From the NCBI GenBank assembly GCA_044892525.1, contig CM097885.1:28770001-28834000 (forward strand): DNA of 64,000 bases, in the 5' to 3' direction. The notes under the pieces were generated by a model. The model was given only the letters and a program-made list of their open reading frames with translations. It was not told the origin of the DNA and did no database searches. The DNA is from Schmidtea polychroa. Taxonomy: Eukaryota. Shown here in pieces: positions 26,887 through 56,029 of the stretch (position 1 is the stretch's first letter; every line of letters starts with the position of its first letter). The translations under genes and the position numbers were made by a program.

Positions 26887-29800
26887 CAGGCCCGACGCTA
26901 GAGTATTTGGCGCCCTAGGCAAACTAAAAAAATGGCGCCTCTAGTCTAGAAACAAACCCAATAATTAAAGAAGTAAATGAAAATAAAATAACTATACTTC
27001 ATTTATTTATTACACAAAAATATATATAAAAACAAAAACCATTTAAAATTTAATTTTTCGTGCTTTTAGTTTAGCGAAATCTTCAAGCAGCAACTTCGTA
27101 TCTATATCACGCGCCATTTCGTGTTCAATCGACAATATTGCTAATCCCACAAGCCGTTCTTGTGACATTGTAGATCTTATATATGTTTTGATCTGTTTAA
27201 GCTTCGAAAAGCTTCGTTCACCGCTTGCCACAGAAACTGGTAGGGTTAATAAAATTCGCAAAGCAACAAATATATTTGGAACGCTGTCCACTATATTATT
27301 TTTACAAATATAATTAAGTACATCTTCCGGCAATAAGTTTTTTGGAATATGTCTAGCTATAAATATCAATTCGTTCAATAAATCTGTACCATCAATATCT
27401 TTAGAATCATCGTGCCGTAAAAATTTTCCAGTTTAAGACAATCCTCTAATATTTTCTTTGACGAAATATATTGCAAATTATGTATGTTGTATAGAAATCC
27501 AAATGTTGAATTTATCGTTGACATTTGGGTGAATCTTTGCTCAACAGATTTTAAAGCTCTATCCAAAACTGCGAAGTAAAAGCTGATCTTAAATTTTTCT
27601 TTTGGGTTCTGAATGGGCTCATCGTTGGCTTCATATTCGAACTGTTTTTTTTGTTTTCTGATACGCTGAGTTTGTTTAAAGATTGGGGAAATTTCTGATT
27701 CTTCAGCAAGTTCTCGCGCATCTACCAATATTCTTTCAAAACCTTCATCATTTCGGGAGTTGAATAGAAATTTTTTGGTATCTTCTAGTAGCTTCATAGC
27801 ATCTTGAATATTAATTTTCTCAGATTGAAGTTGTTTGCTTTTAATATTTATGTTGAAAAGAATATCATACCAGATAATAACAGAAACTACAAACTCGAAA
27901 TTCGAAATAGCTTTAGCAAGGCCCTGTGCTTCTATACGTGAAGTATTACCAGAAACTCCTGTTTGAGAAGTATCTTGAAAAATATCAATAAGTGCAGCAA
28001 TAACTTTACTTAGCTGATAGCGTAGAGGTTTAAGGGCATCGATTCGGCTCTCCCATCTTGTATCGCTCAATGGCTTCACTGTCAAGTTTGAAGCATGACG
28101 TTTTAAAACTTCCCATCGACGTGTTGAAGCGGCAAAATAGACATATATTCGTTGCACTAACATAAAAAATGATGTAGCATCTAAACAACAGCTTACAGCG
28201 TCATTAACAACCAGATTCAAAGAATGCGCAGAACAAGGAACAAATAGTGCTCGTGGATTTAGATTCAGAATTCGCCGTTGCACGCCATTTTCTTTGCCTT
28301 TCATATTGCTACCATTATCGTATCCTTGGCCACGCAAGTTCTCAATAGGTAATGACATATCTGCTAACATCTGAACGATTTCATCGGTCATACCAGCACC
28401 AGTTGTATCTGTTAGTTTCACAAATCCCAAAAAATGTTCTCTTATGCATATGGGATCTAAATCACAATTTTCTGTATTTGTATGGACAAAACGAATAATC
28501 AACGTCATTTGTTCAGTATGGCTAACGTCTGGTGTGCAATCCAGGATTATTGAAAAATATTTAGCCATGGAAATCGATTTTAAAATTTTTGTTTTAATAC
28601 TCTTAGATAAAAGTTGTATTAACTCATTCTGAATATCTTTTCCCAAATAATGAACTTGTGTTTCATTGTTCTTTATTCTGCGAAGATGCTCACCCATAAT
28701 TGGATCAAAAGAGGCCAAATATTCTACAAAGCTAAGGAAGTTTCCATTTCCAGGAGAATACAATTTTTCATTGCTTCCGCGAAATGCAATATTTTGCGTA
28801 GCAAGCACTTTAACTAGACCTATAAGACGCTCTAAGACTTGTTGCCAGTGTCTCTCTTCTTGTTTTATGAGACGCAAATTATCCTGGTCAATAGTTTTAT
28901 TCTTTTTTAAACGCAATTCTAGCTCCTTCCAAGTTTGAAAATTAATTAAATGATCCTTATTTTTCTCATGTCTTTCTAAAATTACAGACATATTTTTCCA
29001 ATCGCTTGATCCTTTATCGGAGAGATGTATTACACGCTGGTTATTATTAAAAATTTTGCAACAAAAGCAGAAAGCCGAATTAGTTGTTTTGGAATACTGT
29101 AGCCAATGACGCCGCATTTCTTCTCCATTTGCAAGTCTCCTTCTATAAAAATTCATTGAAAATTTTCTATGGCTCTCATTTTGAGGAAAATCAAATTCTT
29201 CAATTTGTTCTGGTCCGTGTTCAACCAAAATTTGCCTCAAACGGCCAGAACGTAAGTCATGTGAATTTAACCAAGTTGCCGGATCACTATAATCAAGACT
29301 CGAATTTACGCTTTCTAATATTTCAAAAGTTTCATTAATTAAAATTTCTTCAGTGTCTTCTATAGTTTCTAATACAATTTCTTCTATAGGTTCTTCAACA
29401 GTTTCTTCAATTGTTTCAACTTCAGTTTCTTCTATAGTTTCTTCCACATTCGTATGTGGAAACTCAGTCAAAATAGGCACCTCTGCATTTCTAGTTGTAG
29501 AGTTCCTATCCATTTGCTCTTCCAAATTGCAGTATACTTGTTTTCTCGGAGTCATTTCATTTCGATTTTTATCTTGTGATTGTTGACGACAAATATATTT
29601 CAGAAAAGCACCTTCTTGCTTTTTTTCTTCATTTTTCTTTTCAGCTTTACGTTTTCTATTTTGTGCGCCAGATAATTTTTTTCTATCTGCCATTATGCTA
29701 CCTCAAGTAAAAATTAATAGAATATAATAGATTTAATAATAGGTGTAGAAAAATCCAATATAAATTAAATTACTGTGTTGTATATATGTAAAAATTATAC

Positions 29801-30167
29801 TGGAAGTACGACCGAAATTATATATACTTTAAATAAAAAAAATTTGAGCCCTGCACTAATTAAATTTTATTTTTTTTTTCACTTTCTGTTTATTTATTTT
29901 TTAACTTTTTTAACATTTACTTTAGTCTTTTAAAACTTTACTGCATGTGACTTTATTCTTTTAAAATAAAACTAAAAATTATTGCGTAATTTAAAAAAAT
30001 TTCAGAGCATGCTATATGCTAAATTTTTTTTAAAACCGCTTTCCAGTTAACTTTTTTGAACTTGCAAAATATTTTTTTAAATCGATTTTCCGTTGTATTT
30101 TTTTAAATTTTAAAAGAAATAAGTAATCGGTATCGGACTAAAACAACGATGGAATTACATGTTTTAC

Positions 30168-30234
<67 letters not shown>

Positions 30235-30383
30235 AATTCATACATATGTATATATCAATATAAAGATAGAAAGTTTATAAAATATTTAATTTACTTGATA
30301 AAAAAGCAGAACTATTTGGCGCCCGCTTGTAAATCGGCGCCCTAGGCTGCTGCCGACGTCGCCTATGCCTAAAACCGGGCCTG
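26887..30383 (-). mobile_element. hAT transposon (Tip100/ZMYM1-like), full length
   Basis: Exact 8-bp TSD GGAAAGCA; TIR CAGGCCCG / CGGGCCTG; subterminal GGCGCCCTAGGC at both ends; (TA)n at 30172-30232. Confidence 0.95.
27043..29693 (-). pseudogene. hAT transposase with one frameshift near 27420
   Basis: Same motifs as the first hAT (ILDCTPDVSH, GQGYDNG, CSAHSLNL, GERSFSKLK); one extra T restores ENFLRHDDSKDIDGTDLLNEL. Confidence 0.92.
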
Positions 30384-32904
30384 GGAAAGCAGGAGAAGGA
30401 AAATGGAAAACACTTGATTATCTAGAGTGCCACCAGAAAAGCGAACTATTTAAGGGAAAACTGGTGGACATGAAAGGAGAACGAAAATTAGAGACAAAAG
30501 GGACGCGAAATATTAAACAATTTGAAACACGATTTGAGAGACGATCTGAGAGACGATTATTGATAAAATTATTGGAGAAAATTAGACGTTAGACGAAACG
30601 TTGTTGGACAAACGATTGTCAAAAATAATTGTAAAGGAAATAATTGTGGAAAATTATTATTGGAGAAGAGTTGAAGAAAAGAATTAGTTGAATCATAAAA
30701 CGAAAAGAAGTTATTTGATTATTTGAATAAAGTTGTGAAGAAAGTCAAAGAAAACAACCAGCTCAAAATCCCAGTTTAGAAACCAATCAGTAATTTGTGA
30801 TCTTTTAATCCGGTGTTATACACAAGTGCTATTCCTCACCGAGTGTTGTAATGAGCATTGTATAGTCACCAAGCAGAGTGTTGAATTTATTGTCACTGTC
30901 AAGTGAAAGTTTATTTGTGATTATCAATAAAGATTTCTGTTGTCAAGTGTTATTTGTCACGCTTGGAGTCAGAGTAACATTTAAAATTATCACCAACTCA
31001 ATAACCCAACAATTATTACCTCACTTCGAGTCTAATTACTTCAACAACAAGTAAATTGCTCGACCCCGCTTCTGATGCTTCATCTAAACCTATTCTGATC
31101 ATTTAATAATCTCTCGGACTCCCATCACTACTCGGCTGTCTAAACACTGACTCGGGCTTCCCCCTAACTGATTAATTAATTTGTTTTTACTTTATAAGTT
31201 TTAGTTGGGACTCCTCGATAAGTTTTTAATATTATTCAAGGGCTTGTCTTTCGATTTGGCATTTAACCATTCCAATTTCCTCTAATCAATATTATTTTTC
31301 AAATTTTTATAAATTTTTAATTAATTTTTGCACTTTTGTCAATTCGATATTTTTATTGATTTTATTTGTGTTTCCATTTTATTTTTGTGCTTTGATGTAT
31401 TACCCAAAGTAGTGGTCCCAATGTAGTTCATAAAAACTCCTGAGATATTTTATACAGGTAGACTGTTTCACATTTTAATTGTATTTATTTTTTGAATTAT
31501 CTGGTTTAGCCCTGTGTTATTAATTACGTGTCCCAAAAAATTTCAATTTAGATACTACAAACTATCATTTTCAGGATTTGCTTTCAGTTTACTACTTTTT
31601 ATGGATGTTTTACTTAGTTTTTATTTTCTTGTAATTATTCCTATATTCTAAGTTAAGTAAACACATTTAAATCTTAATTCTTACCACTCTAAGCCCAACT
31701 AAAACATTTAATTATATATCTAGGCGTTATGTATTTTGTTTATCTTCATTCTTTCAAACTTTAGATCAATTTTTTGTTTTCGAATGAATCCATTGATAAG
31801 AAGTTAGGGAAAATTTAAATATATGAAAAAGAAATTATATAAGCAAAACGTTGTTGAGGGAAGAGAAATACAATATAAATAATAAAAAAAATTAACCAGG
31901 GTTTAATAACAAGAATTTTATTAAACCTAAGCAAAAATGTTTTAATGCAATTAGTTTATTAGTTTCTGAAAAAATTATTCAGGAAAACCATTTTTCATTT
32001 TACGATTTTCGGCTTGTCTTTGTAACAGTTATTTATTGAAACAAATTATTACGATTTTTTCAAAATAGTTTTATTTTTCATTATTTAAAATGAAAATATT
32101 TTTATAATTTTGCCTCTTGAATACTTGACAGGTAATAATTGAGAAATTTTAAAATTCTGTCATCTTCTTTGTGGCAATAATTACCGAAAAAACTCCAATT
32201 TCAATTTTAATTAATAAATGAAATTAATAATTTATTATGTTTCTATATTCTAAATTTAAAGAAATAAATAAAAATAAATAAATGAATTAAATAATATTAT
32301 AAGAAGTTTTTACAATTTTCACCACTGAATTCTTTTCAATTTTGAATTTTCAAGTTTTTTGAATTATTAAAGCAAGCAAAATGAGAGGGAGGTATAAAAT
32401 AATGGGTATATTGATACAGAATTCTGAGAACCAGATGCGAAGGGAGAAATAGAAATATGAAAAGAAAATAACAAATTAATAAAATCAAACAATGAAATAC
32501 GACAAGGTCATTCTTAATTAACAAATACATATTGAAAATAGAAAACAAAAAACAAATTAGAAAATGGAATTGCTATATTTCGATGGCTTCGCCGAGAAAA
32601 GGAATCGAATTGAGGAAGTTGACAATCGGAATCAGTAGAAAGAGTCTTGTCTACCAAATTGATACCAGTTGGTTAATTTCAACTACGTCGAGTTATTGAA
32701 TTTATTGCGCGTTTTTTTCTTAGAGTTTATTATGGGATTTTGATTGAGATTGATTGGAACTTTGTGATTAATTTGATTTCTGACGATTTTGTTTGATTTT
32801 GTGGTTATTCGAATTCCTGTAGTTTCAAAAAATATATTTTTTCCATCATTGTTGTTCAATTGTTTTTTGAAGAATAATTATTAGTTTATTAATTCAATAT
32901 TTCG

Positions 32905-33170
32905 TGATATTACTATCTTTGTAATTACAATGGATCTTTTATGTCCAAAGCCGGATTTGCTTGGTATGATGCTCCAAAAGCTGTTATCCCTCTATTATCG
33001 TATGATCTCGTATTTGGCCAGAAGCTCAATCCAAAAGTTATTTTTGACGATAAAATATCCCATTGAACATGACATTGTTATTAACTGGCATCATACATTT
33101 TACAATGAATTCAAAATTGCACCAGAAGAGTATGCCGGCATTGTTTTACATTCTGGAGCTGGTGTACAAA
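32905..33170 (+). pseudogene. act: Actin pseudogene fragment
   Basis: Across frames [68 protein letters not shown] align to the actin N-terminal third with deletions. Confidence 0.9.
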
Positions 33171-33479
33171 AATATATGAAACTTAAACACCAGTAGTGTG
33201 ATTCACATTAATAATAGTCTTAAAGCATCTGAAGACAACCAGATCGAATTACCAATTATAGTTTTCAGTTCAGCACCTATATAAATTTGCTATCAAAAGT
33301 GGTATTTCTTTAAATGTCTTGCAATAAACACTGAATATAATCTCGAATATTTGACGTCGTAGTAATTGTGCAATCATCTATGCTAATCAAAAAAGTTTTA
33401 CATTATCTGGAATTTGTTGCTGTTGTTACCAGATAACACACGGTTGGAGTGGGATCAATAATTTGTACACCTAATTCAG

Positions 33480-33780
33480 AGATATAAAAGATTTTATAAT
33501 AATCTTTGGTGTGTACACCATTTGTAGGTAACTCAACCTTTATGAAGTTTGTAACTTCATTTATTCAATTTTAGAAATGGTTATCATGTTTATTTTAATA
33601 TTCAGTAAATTTAGGGGCTTGAACTTTGATTTTATATAATTATGAGATCATTCTTCAAGTTCTTAAATAATACTTTTAGTCGAAATTTGCATTATAAATT
33701 ATTTTTAATTAATTTTCAGATATTTTTAGGAATTTTATGAAATTTATTTTAGAATTATTTCGAATTATTTATTAAAGAAA
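33480..33780. repeat. Dispersed repeat of unknown class (inverted copy about 38330-38620, direct copy about 52360-52620)
   Basis: Shared GGTGTGTACA and TATGAGATCATT.TTCAAG.TCTTAAATA..ACTTTT blocks. Confidence 0.7.
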
Positions 33781-33871
33781 ATGATTGCCAAACACATTAA
33801 TTTTTTAATACATTCTCAGCAAATTTTTCAAATTCATAGTAATACTCTCACCAAATAACATGTGAAAGAAA

Positions 33872-33873
<2 letters not shown>

Positions 33874-33954
<81 letters not shown>
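33874..33954. repeat. (TA)n microsatellite
   Basis: Seen directly. Confidence 0.95.
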
Positions 33955-33956
<2 letters not shown>

Positions 33957-34576
33957 TTGGCGCTATGAAAATAAACACTAACATTTTCATATTGCTACCT
34001 TTGATTTCTAGAAATAATAGAATATTAATATTTATTTATCTATATCACAATGCGAAAATTCTTATCCTAAACATTAATGATGAACACAAACTTTAAAAAT
34101 GGTGATGTACATATAATAAGTCTTTGGTAATTTTTCAACCTTATCACCTCCAAGGCAGACACGCATCGAAATTACATTATTTTCACCAATAAAATAATAT
34201 TCAAAATTAAAATGTTAAACAAAACTTACTTGCAATATTTTAACAATTCAAATTACTTTTTATATAATACTGTAATTTTATAAATTTATATTGTTTATGG
34301 TTATAACCAAATTTTAAGAACCAAATTATTAAGAAGGACCCCGAATAAATTTTTGCATAGAGACCCAAAGCCTAGATGTGATGCATTGTTTTTATTTATA
34401 CATGAACAAATACACATCACAGTAAAATTCGCTTAAATATATTTGAAAGATTTCTCATTGTCTCGCTCAATTCTGATTGGTTTAAATTCCATCCAATAGG
34501 AAATTATATTTTTGATAAAATTTTAAATTTGAATCGGGTTTAGAAAAATAAAGAAAAGGCCTCAAATATCAGAAAA

Positions 34577-51423
<16,847 letters not shown>

Positions 51424-51579
51424 TAATAAATTTCCCAAATATGTAGGTTATTAATTTTATAGTAAATGAAATTATTCTTTTTTTCTATTAAATATTTGAA
51501 GTCTTTGAAGGAAATGGAACAAAATTGTTATATTTATCACAATAAAACACATTTACTTATAATTGAAAAATCGGTATAA

Positions 51580-51804
<225 letters not shown>

Positions 51805-53023
51805 ATAATTGTTGAAAAAAGCCTTTTACTGACTTGCTCAAACCCCATACAAAGGTATCTGCCTAAATGGAAGTAATTTGGTTCAAGCAAAGATTTGAAT
51901 AAGAAATTCTTCCTATTATATATCTAAGAGAATTAATAGAAAAGATAAAATTAACATAAAAACAGAACATAGTACATAAGGAATGCAAAATTTCAATATT
52001 CTTCCAAAATTCCATGACAGAACATCACTTTAAATTATGCGGAAAATGAAAATAAAACATCATAATAATAAATAATAATAATAACATGAACATTAACATT
52101 GCACTGATTTAAATTGTTTTCGACAGGCTCGAACTCATCATCAGGTAGGATAGAAAAAACCTATAAATACGGCTAATCAGCATTCTCCAAATTTTAAAAA
52201 CAAAGTTATTTTACATATAAATTTAACCATTCAATACATTTGAAAACAATGACAACCTACATACCTTCAATTTAACATCCAAACTATTTAAAAGCATTCA
52301 AAGCCAGAGTGTTCAGATATTGTTTGTATACACCCGCTTGCAGTGAACAAACGCATTCATAATATGGGTTGGTGTGTACAACCAATCATAGATGCGTCAC
52401 TATTTCTAATGAATGATTAAATTTCGGAATTAGGTGTAGTTAATTTAAGATTTACTATTTTAGCCGTTTTATAAATGTCTTTCAAGTAATTTTTTTTATT
52501 TAAAGGAAATTTTATGACTTGAATTTTGATCAATATATACTATATATTATATAGATATGAGATCATTATTCAAGCTCTTAAATATTACTTTTTATCAACA
52601 TTTTTTATTAAAATTTATCAATTTATATGTAGTGGTTGTTATGCTATACACAATGGAGATGCTGTCCTTTATTAGAGTACTCCAGTTCTTGAACATTTTC
52701 AATCATTATCAATCACCCAAATGAACGTACGTAATACGTAATATCGCCCGAACGCTACAAGCCGTATTCCGTATGTTCAGGTACAAAAAACTATATATTT
52801 TATTACAAATATTATTTGGTGACATCTAATATTGGAGCATCTGACTTGCAAAAAATACAAAAAAAAGTTCATATCTATCTATCTAATTGTAAGTATTTGT
52901 CTGGTATATTGTAAAGAAAGTAATGTTATTGCGAAATATAATAAAAAAACCCAATGTTTTTTTACCTACGTTTTGAATCATATCCCAAAGGTAGGGCGGT
53001 TAATCACAATAATGATTCTAAGC

Positions 53024-53214
53024 CAGGGGTTCTTAACCTTTTCAAACTTATGGACCCCATAAATATAAAATTGGTACCGACGGACCCCTGAAATGTTAAA
53101 AAATTAATAAATTGATAGTAAAACACATACATTTTTTAATAATTATTTATAAATCTGTTTATTCAGCTTCAAACAAAAATAATAGCTTTTTGTAAATAGT
53201 GCCGCGAACCACTG
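53024..53214. mobile_element. hAT (Charlie-type) MITE
   Basis: Ends CAGGGGTTC / GAACCACTG; exact 8-bp TSD TTCTAAGC. Confidence 0.9.
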
Positions 53215-54206
53215 TTCTAAGCAGATGATATGAGTAAAAACGATATACTTGATTTTAACATTTTATGAAAATAATTGAATAATTATTCAGAAAATGTGAT
53301 AATTGAAGCGTAGTTGATAAATTTATGTGCAAATTCTGTAAACTCGCTTTTTTTGCATTTTATTTTTTGCATCTATTTTTTAAATAATATTTTCATTATT
53401 TGGTTTTATTTCAAGAGTCAAACTGAGAAAGATTTTGAAATAATAGAGGATAAAATACTTTTCATGCGTTCATTGAACAGAAATAAAATAAATTCCAATC
53501 TCTGTCAAAGTTGACCTGGAAAGCAATTGTTAAAATTAATGAAATAGGATAAGAAACATTTTTGTAAAACTCTTGATACTGAGGGAAAGCAATTAACGAC
53601 TGTAAATAAGAAATAATTTTTAGATTAGAGAAATAATGGGAAATGTGGGTAACCTGATGCTTCATTAAAATAGATTTCAGGCGAAATTTCTTTCTGATTA
53701 TTTACAGTTTTTAAATAAAACAATTCCTTCGATTTTCTCAACTTATCTCGTGTCTCTGTAAATAATTATTCTAGTTGGTTATAATACAAGGATTTTGGAA
53801 ATAAATTTTTCGAATATAGAAAAATAACGTTTTATTATTAGAATACAATAATTAATAATTTCTCGCTTTCAATAAATCTTTTTGCACATAATATGTCGCA
53901 ATAATATTTTATAATAATTCATTTTTATGTCTATTTGAAGTTTAATTATTTTATTTAATTTAAATTATTTATTTAATTTAAATTAAAATCATTTGAATTA
54001 ATTAATTAATTAAATCAACTCTTTTTTTAAAACTTTTATAATTGTCTACATTTTAGGAAGAAATTAAACATCAATCGATAGAGAAAAATCAATTTACAAA
54101 TAATATTGAAATAAAAATATTACGTTGATTAAAATTAAAATTTTCCATGACCATCAATTATATATTAATAATCAAGAACTGTTAGGTCAAATTTATAAAA
54201 TTCGGT

Positions 54207-54256
<50 letters not shown>

Positions 54257-54261
<5 letters not shown>

Positions 54262-54470
54262 CACTAAAATGATAATTTAAGCCCTTTGCTGCAAATAATG
54301 TATTTAATGAAAGAATTTTCGACTATACGATAGTCCTTGTCAATGAGATTGACAAGGACTATCGTATAGTCGAAAATTCTTTCATTAAATACATTATTTG
54401 CAGCAAAAGGCTTAAATTATCATTTTAGTGTTTTAAATAATAAATGCTGCTACCAAGCAATCATCATTTT
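54257..54470. mobile_element. Non-coding palindromic mini-insertion of the PLE family 1 3' end, between (TAA)n tracts
   Basis: 88-bp arms 54257-54344 and 54348-54435 with a GAG loop and one mismatch, then the same 35-nt tail as at 58871-58905. Confidence 0.9.
54342..54386 (+). ncRNA. Minimal hammerhead ribozyme, U3-A8 core variant
   Basis: AATGAGA TTGACAA G GACTAT-CGT-ATAGTC GAAA ATTC TTTCATT; 7-bp stem I with one G-U; mirror copy on the minus strand (core 54337-54343) lacks stem I. Confidence 0.7.
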
Positions 54471-54540
54471 ATAATAATAATAATAATAATAATAAACAAT
54501 AAAATGATAATTTAAGCCTTTTGCTGCAAATAATGTATTT

Positions 54541-54583
54541 AATGAAAGAATTTTCGACTATAAGATAGTCCTTGTCAATCTCC
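54541..54583 (-). ncRNA. Minimal hammerhead ribozyme, U3-A8 variant, in the inverted duplicate
   Basis: Reverse complement of 58779-58821. Confidence 0.65.
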
Positions 54584-54974
54584 TGGAATTTAGCAATGTT
54601 CTTCCCCAAAATACCTTTCAATCTTTCTTTTATTTCCTTTCTCTTAATTCTCATTGGTTGTAAATATAATGAATTGTTTTACTAAAAACTTTTAAAATTT
54701 TTACATTTAAAATTTCAAAATGACATAAACTAAAAATTTTTAAATTTTTTACAGCTTCTATAATTAGCTTCTAGAAGCCTAATAAAATATTTGAATATAT
54801 TTTAAATAAAGCCTCCAATAACTACTTATATATGCTATTTAAATATTTCAATAAATGTGTCAATTTTGATTTTCAAACCCTATTTTTTAAAATTTTTTTA
54901 TATTATTCTAATTATTACTTTTTAATTTATTCTATTTTTTTAATTTCTTTATATATTGTCAGTTATTCTCAAAC

Positions 54975-56029
54975 TCAATGACAACAGATCAAATTCATGA
55001 TTTCATTGATTTCTTCTTTAGTGTTGATCTTTGGCTGTCTGTTTATGATGAGAATTGCTTCTTTGATTCTGACATTTTTCTTTTGGATGTTTCCATTAGC
55101 TATGATTTCTATTGAAATATTTTTTCTTTCTTCTGTTGGCTGACACTGCCGGAGATGTCTGCCCAACGAGGATGTTCCACCAGGATCTAGATGTTCTTTA
55201 ACTCTTTGGTGCAATGTCCTGAGGGTACTTCCAATGTAGATTTCATTGCATACATTGCACGTGATGCAATAGACGATGTTTTTTCTAAAGCACATATCTT
55301 TCGGTGTCTGGCAGTTTTTCATTGTGCAATTGTTTTCTCTATTTATGTTGCCTGCCAGAGCCCTTCTCAATGTCCAAGATTTATGTGCTATCCGAATTGG
55401 AAGACCGGTACGTTTAAGTTCTTTCAGGATCTTGAAGTCGAGTATGTCACTGATGAATGGGATATTCAGATAGAAATATTTCTGATTCTTTTGTGTTAAT
55501 TCCCTAGATCTTCTTGGGGTAGAATTCATTCTTTCAATGTCCTCACCTTGGTATCCGTTTCGGTGTAGGATTTTATTGAAATTTGATTGCTCTATAAAGT
55601 TTTCTTTTTCTCCGTGCATCGATTGGCTATTCTTCGTTTCTCGTTTCTTATGACATGTACTTTCTGTAAGTATGGAAGCGCTGATCTTTGGTGCATAAAT
55701 ATTTCTTTGCGAGCTGGTTTTCTGTAGAACCCGTATGTTGGAGTATTTTCTTCTATTTTGATTCTCAAATCCAATAAATTGAGGGATCCATCTTCTTCCG
55801 GATATTCGATTTCGAACTTAATATCTTGATGAGCCGCATTGAATGTATGAAATATTTCCTCCGCTTCTTTTTTGTTTTTGGTCGTGATGAAGATATCATC
55901 AACATATCTTGCATAGAAACCGATGGGTTGTATGGTCCTCAGTGTCTGTCGTTCGAGGTTATCCATAAAAATGATTGCTAGCAGTCCTGATATGCTAGAA
56001 CCCATAGGCAGACCTTTAACTTGTTTATA
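54975..56029 (-). pseudogene. Inverted partial RT plus GIY-YIG copy with a 1-nt frameshift near 55605
   Basis: Track ORFs 55592-56005 and 54975-55619 duplicate the C-terminal part of the 788-aa ORF. Confidence 0.93.

Larger units (their letters stand above)
26510..31011. mobile_element. Solo LTR, family B, interrupted by a hAT element
   Basis: TGTTGAGG...CCCAACA; 4-bp TSD ATTA; homologous copy at 45062. Confidence 0.88.
26170..31409. mobile_element. Family A-like solo LTR split in two (26170-26509 and about 31016-31409) by nested insertions
   Basis: Start TGTTGG..AAGTCGG..TCTGACTCC..TGTTCTTT matches 13020; the part after 31016 matches the distal part of the 13-kb LTR (CTCGGGCTTCCC, ATTTGGCAT). 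Confidence 0.7.

Noticed and set aside
56021..56029. TTG start of the 788-aa ORF
   Set aside because: Belongs to the inverted arm; the element is 5'-truncated at 56030
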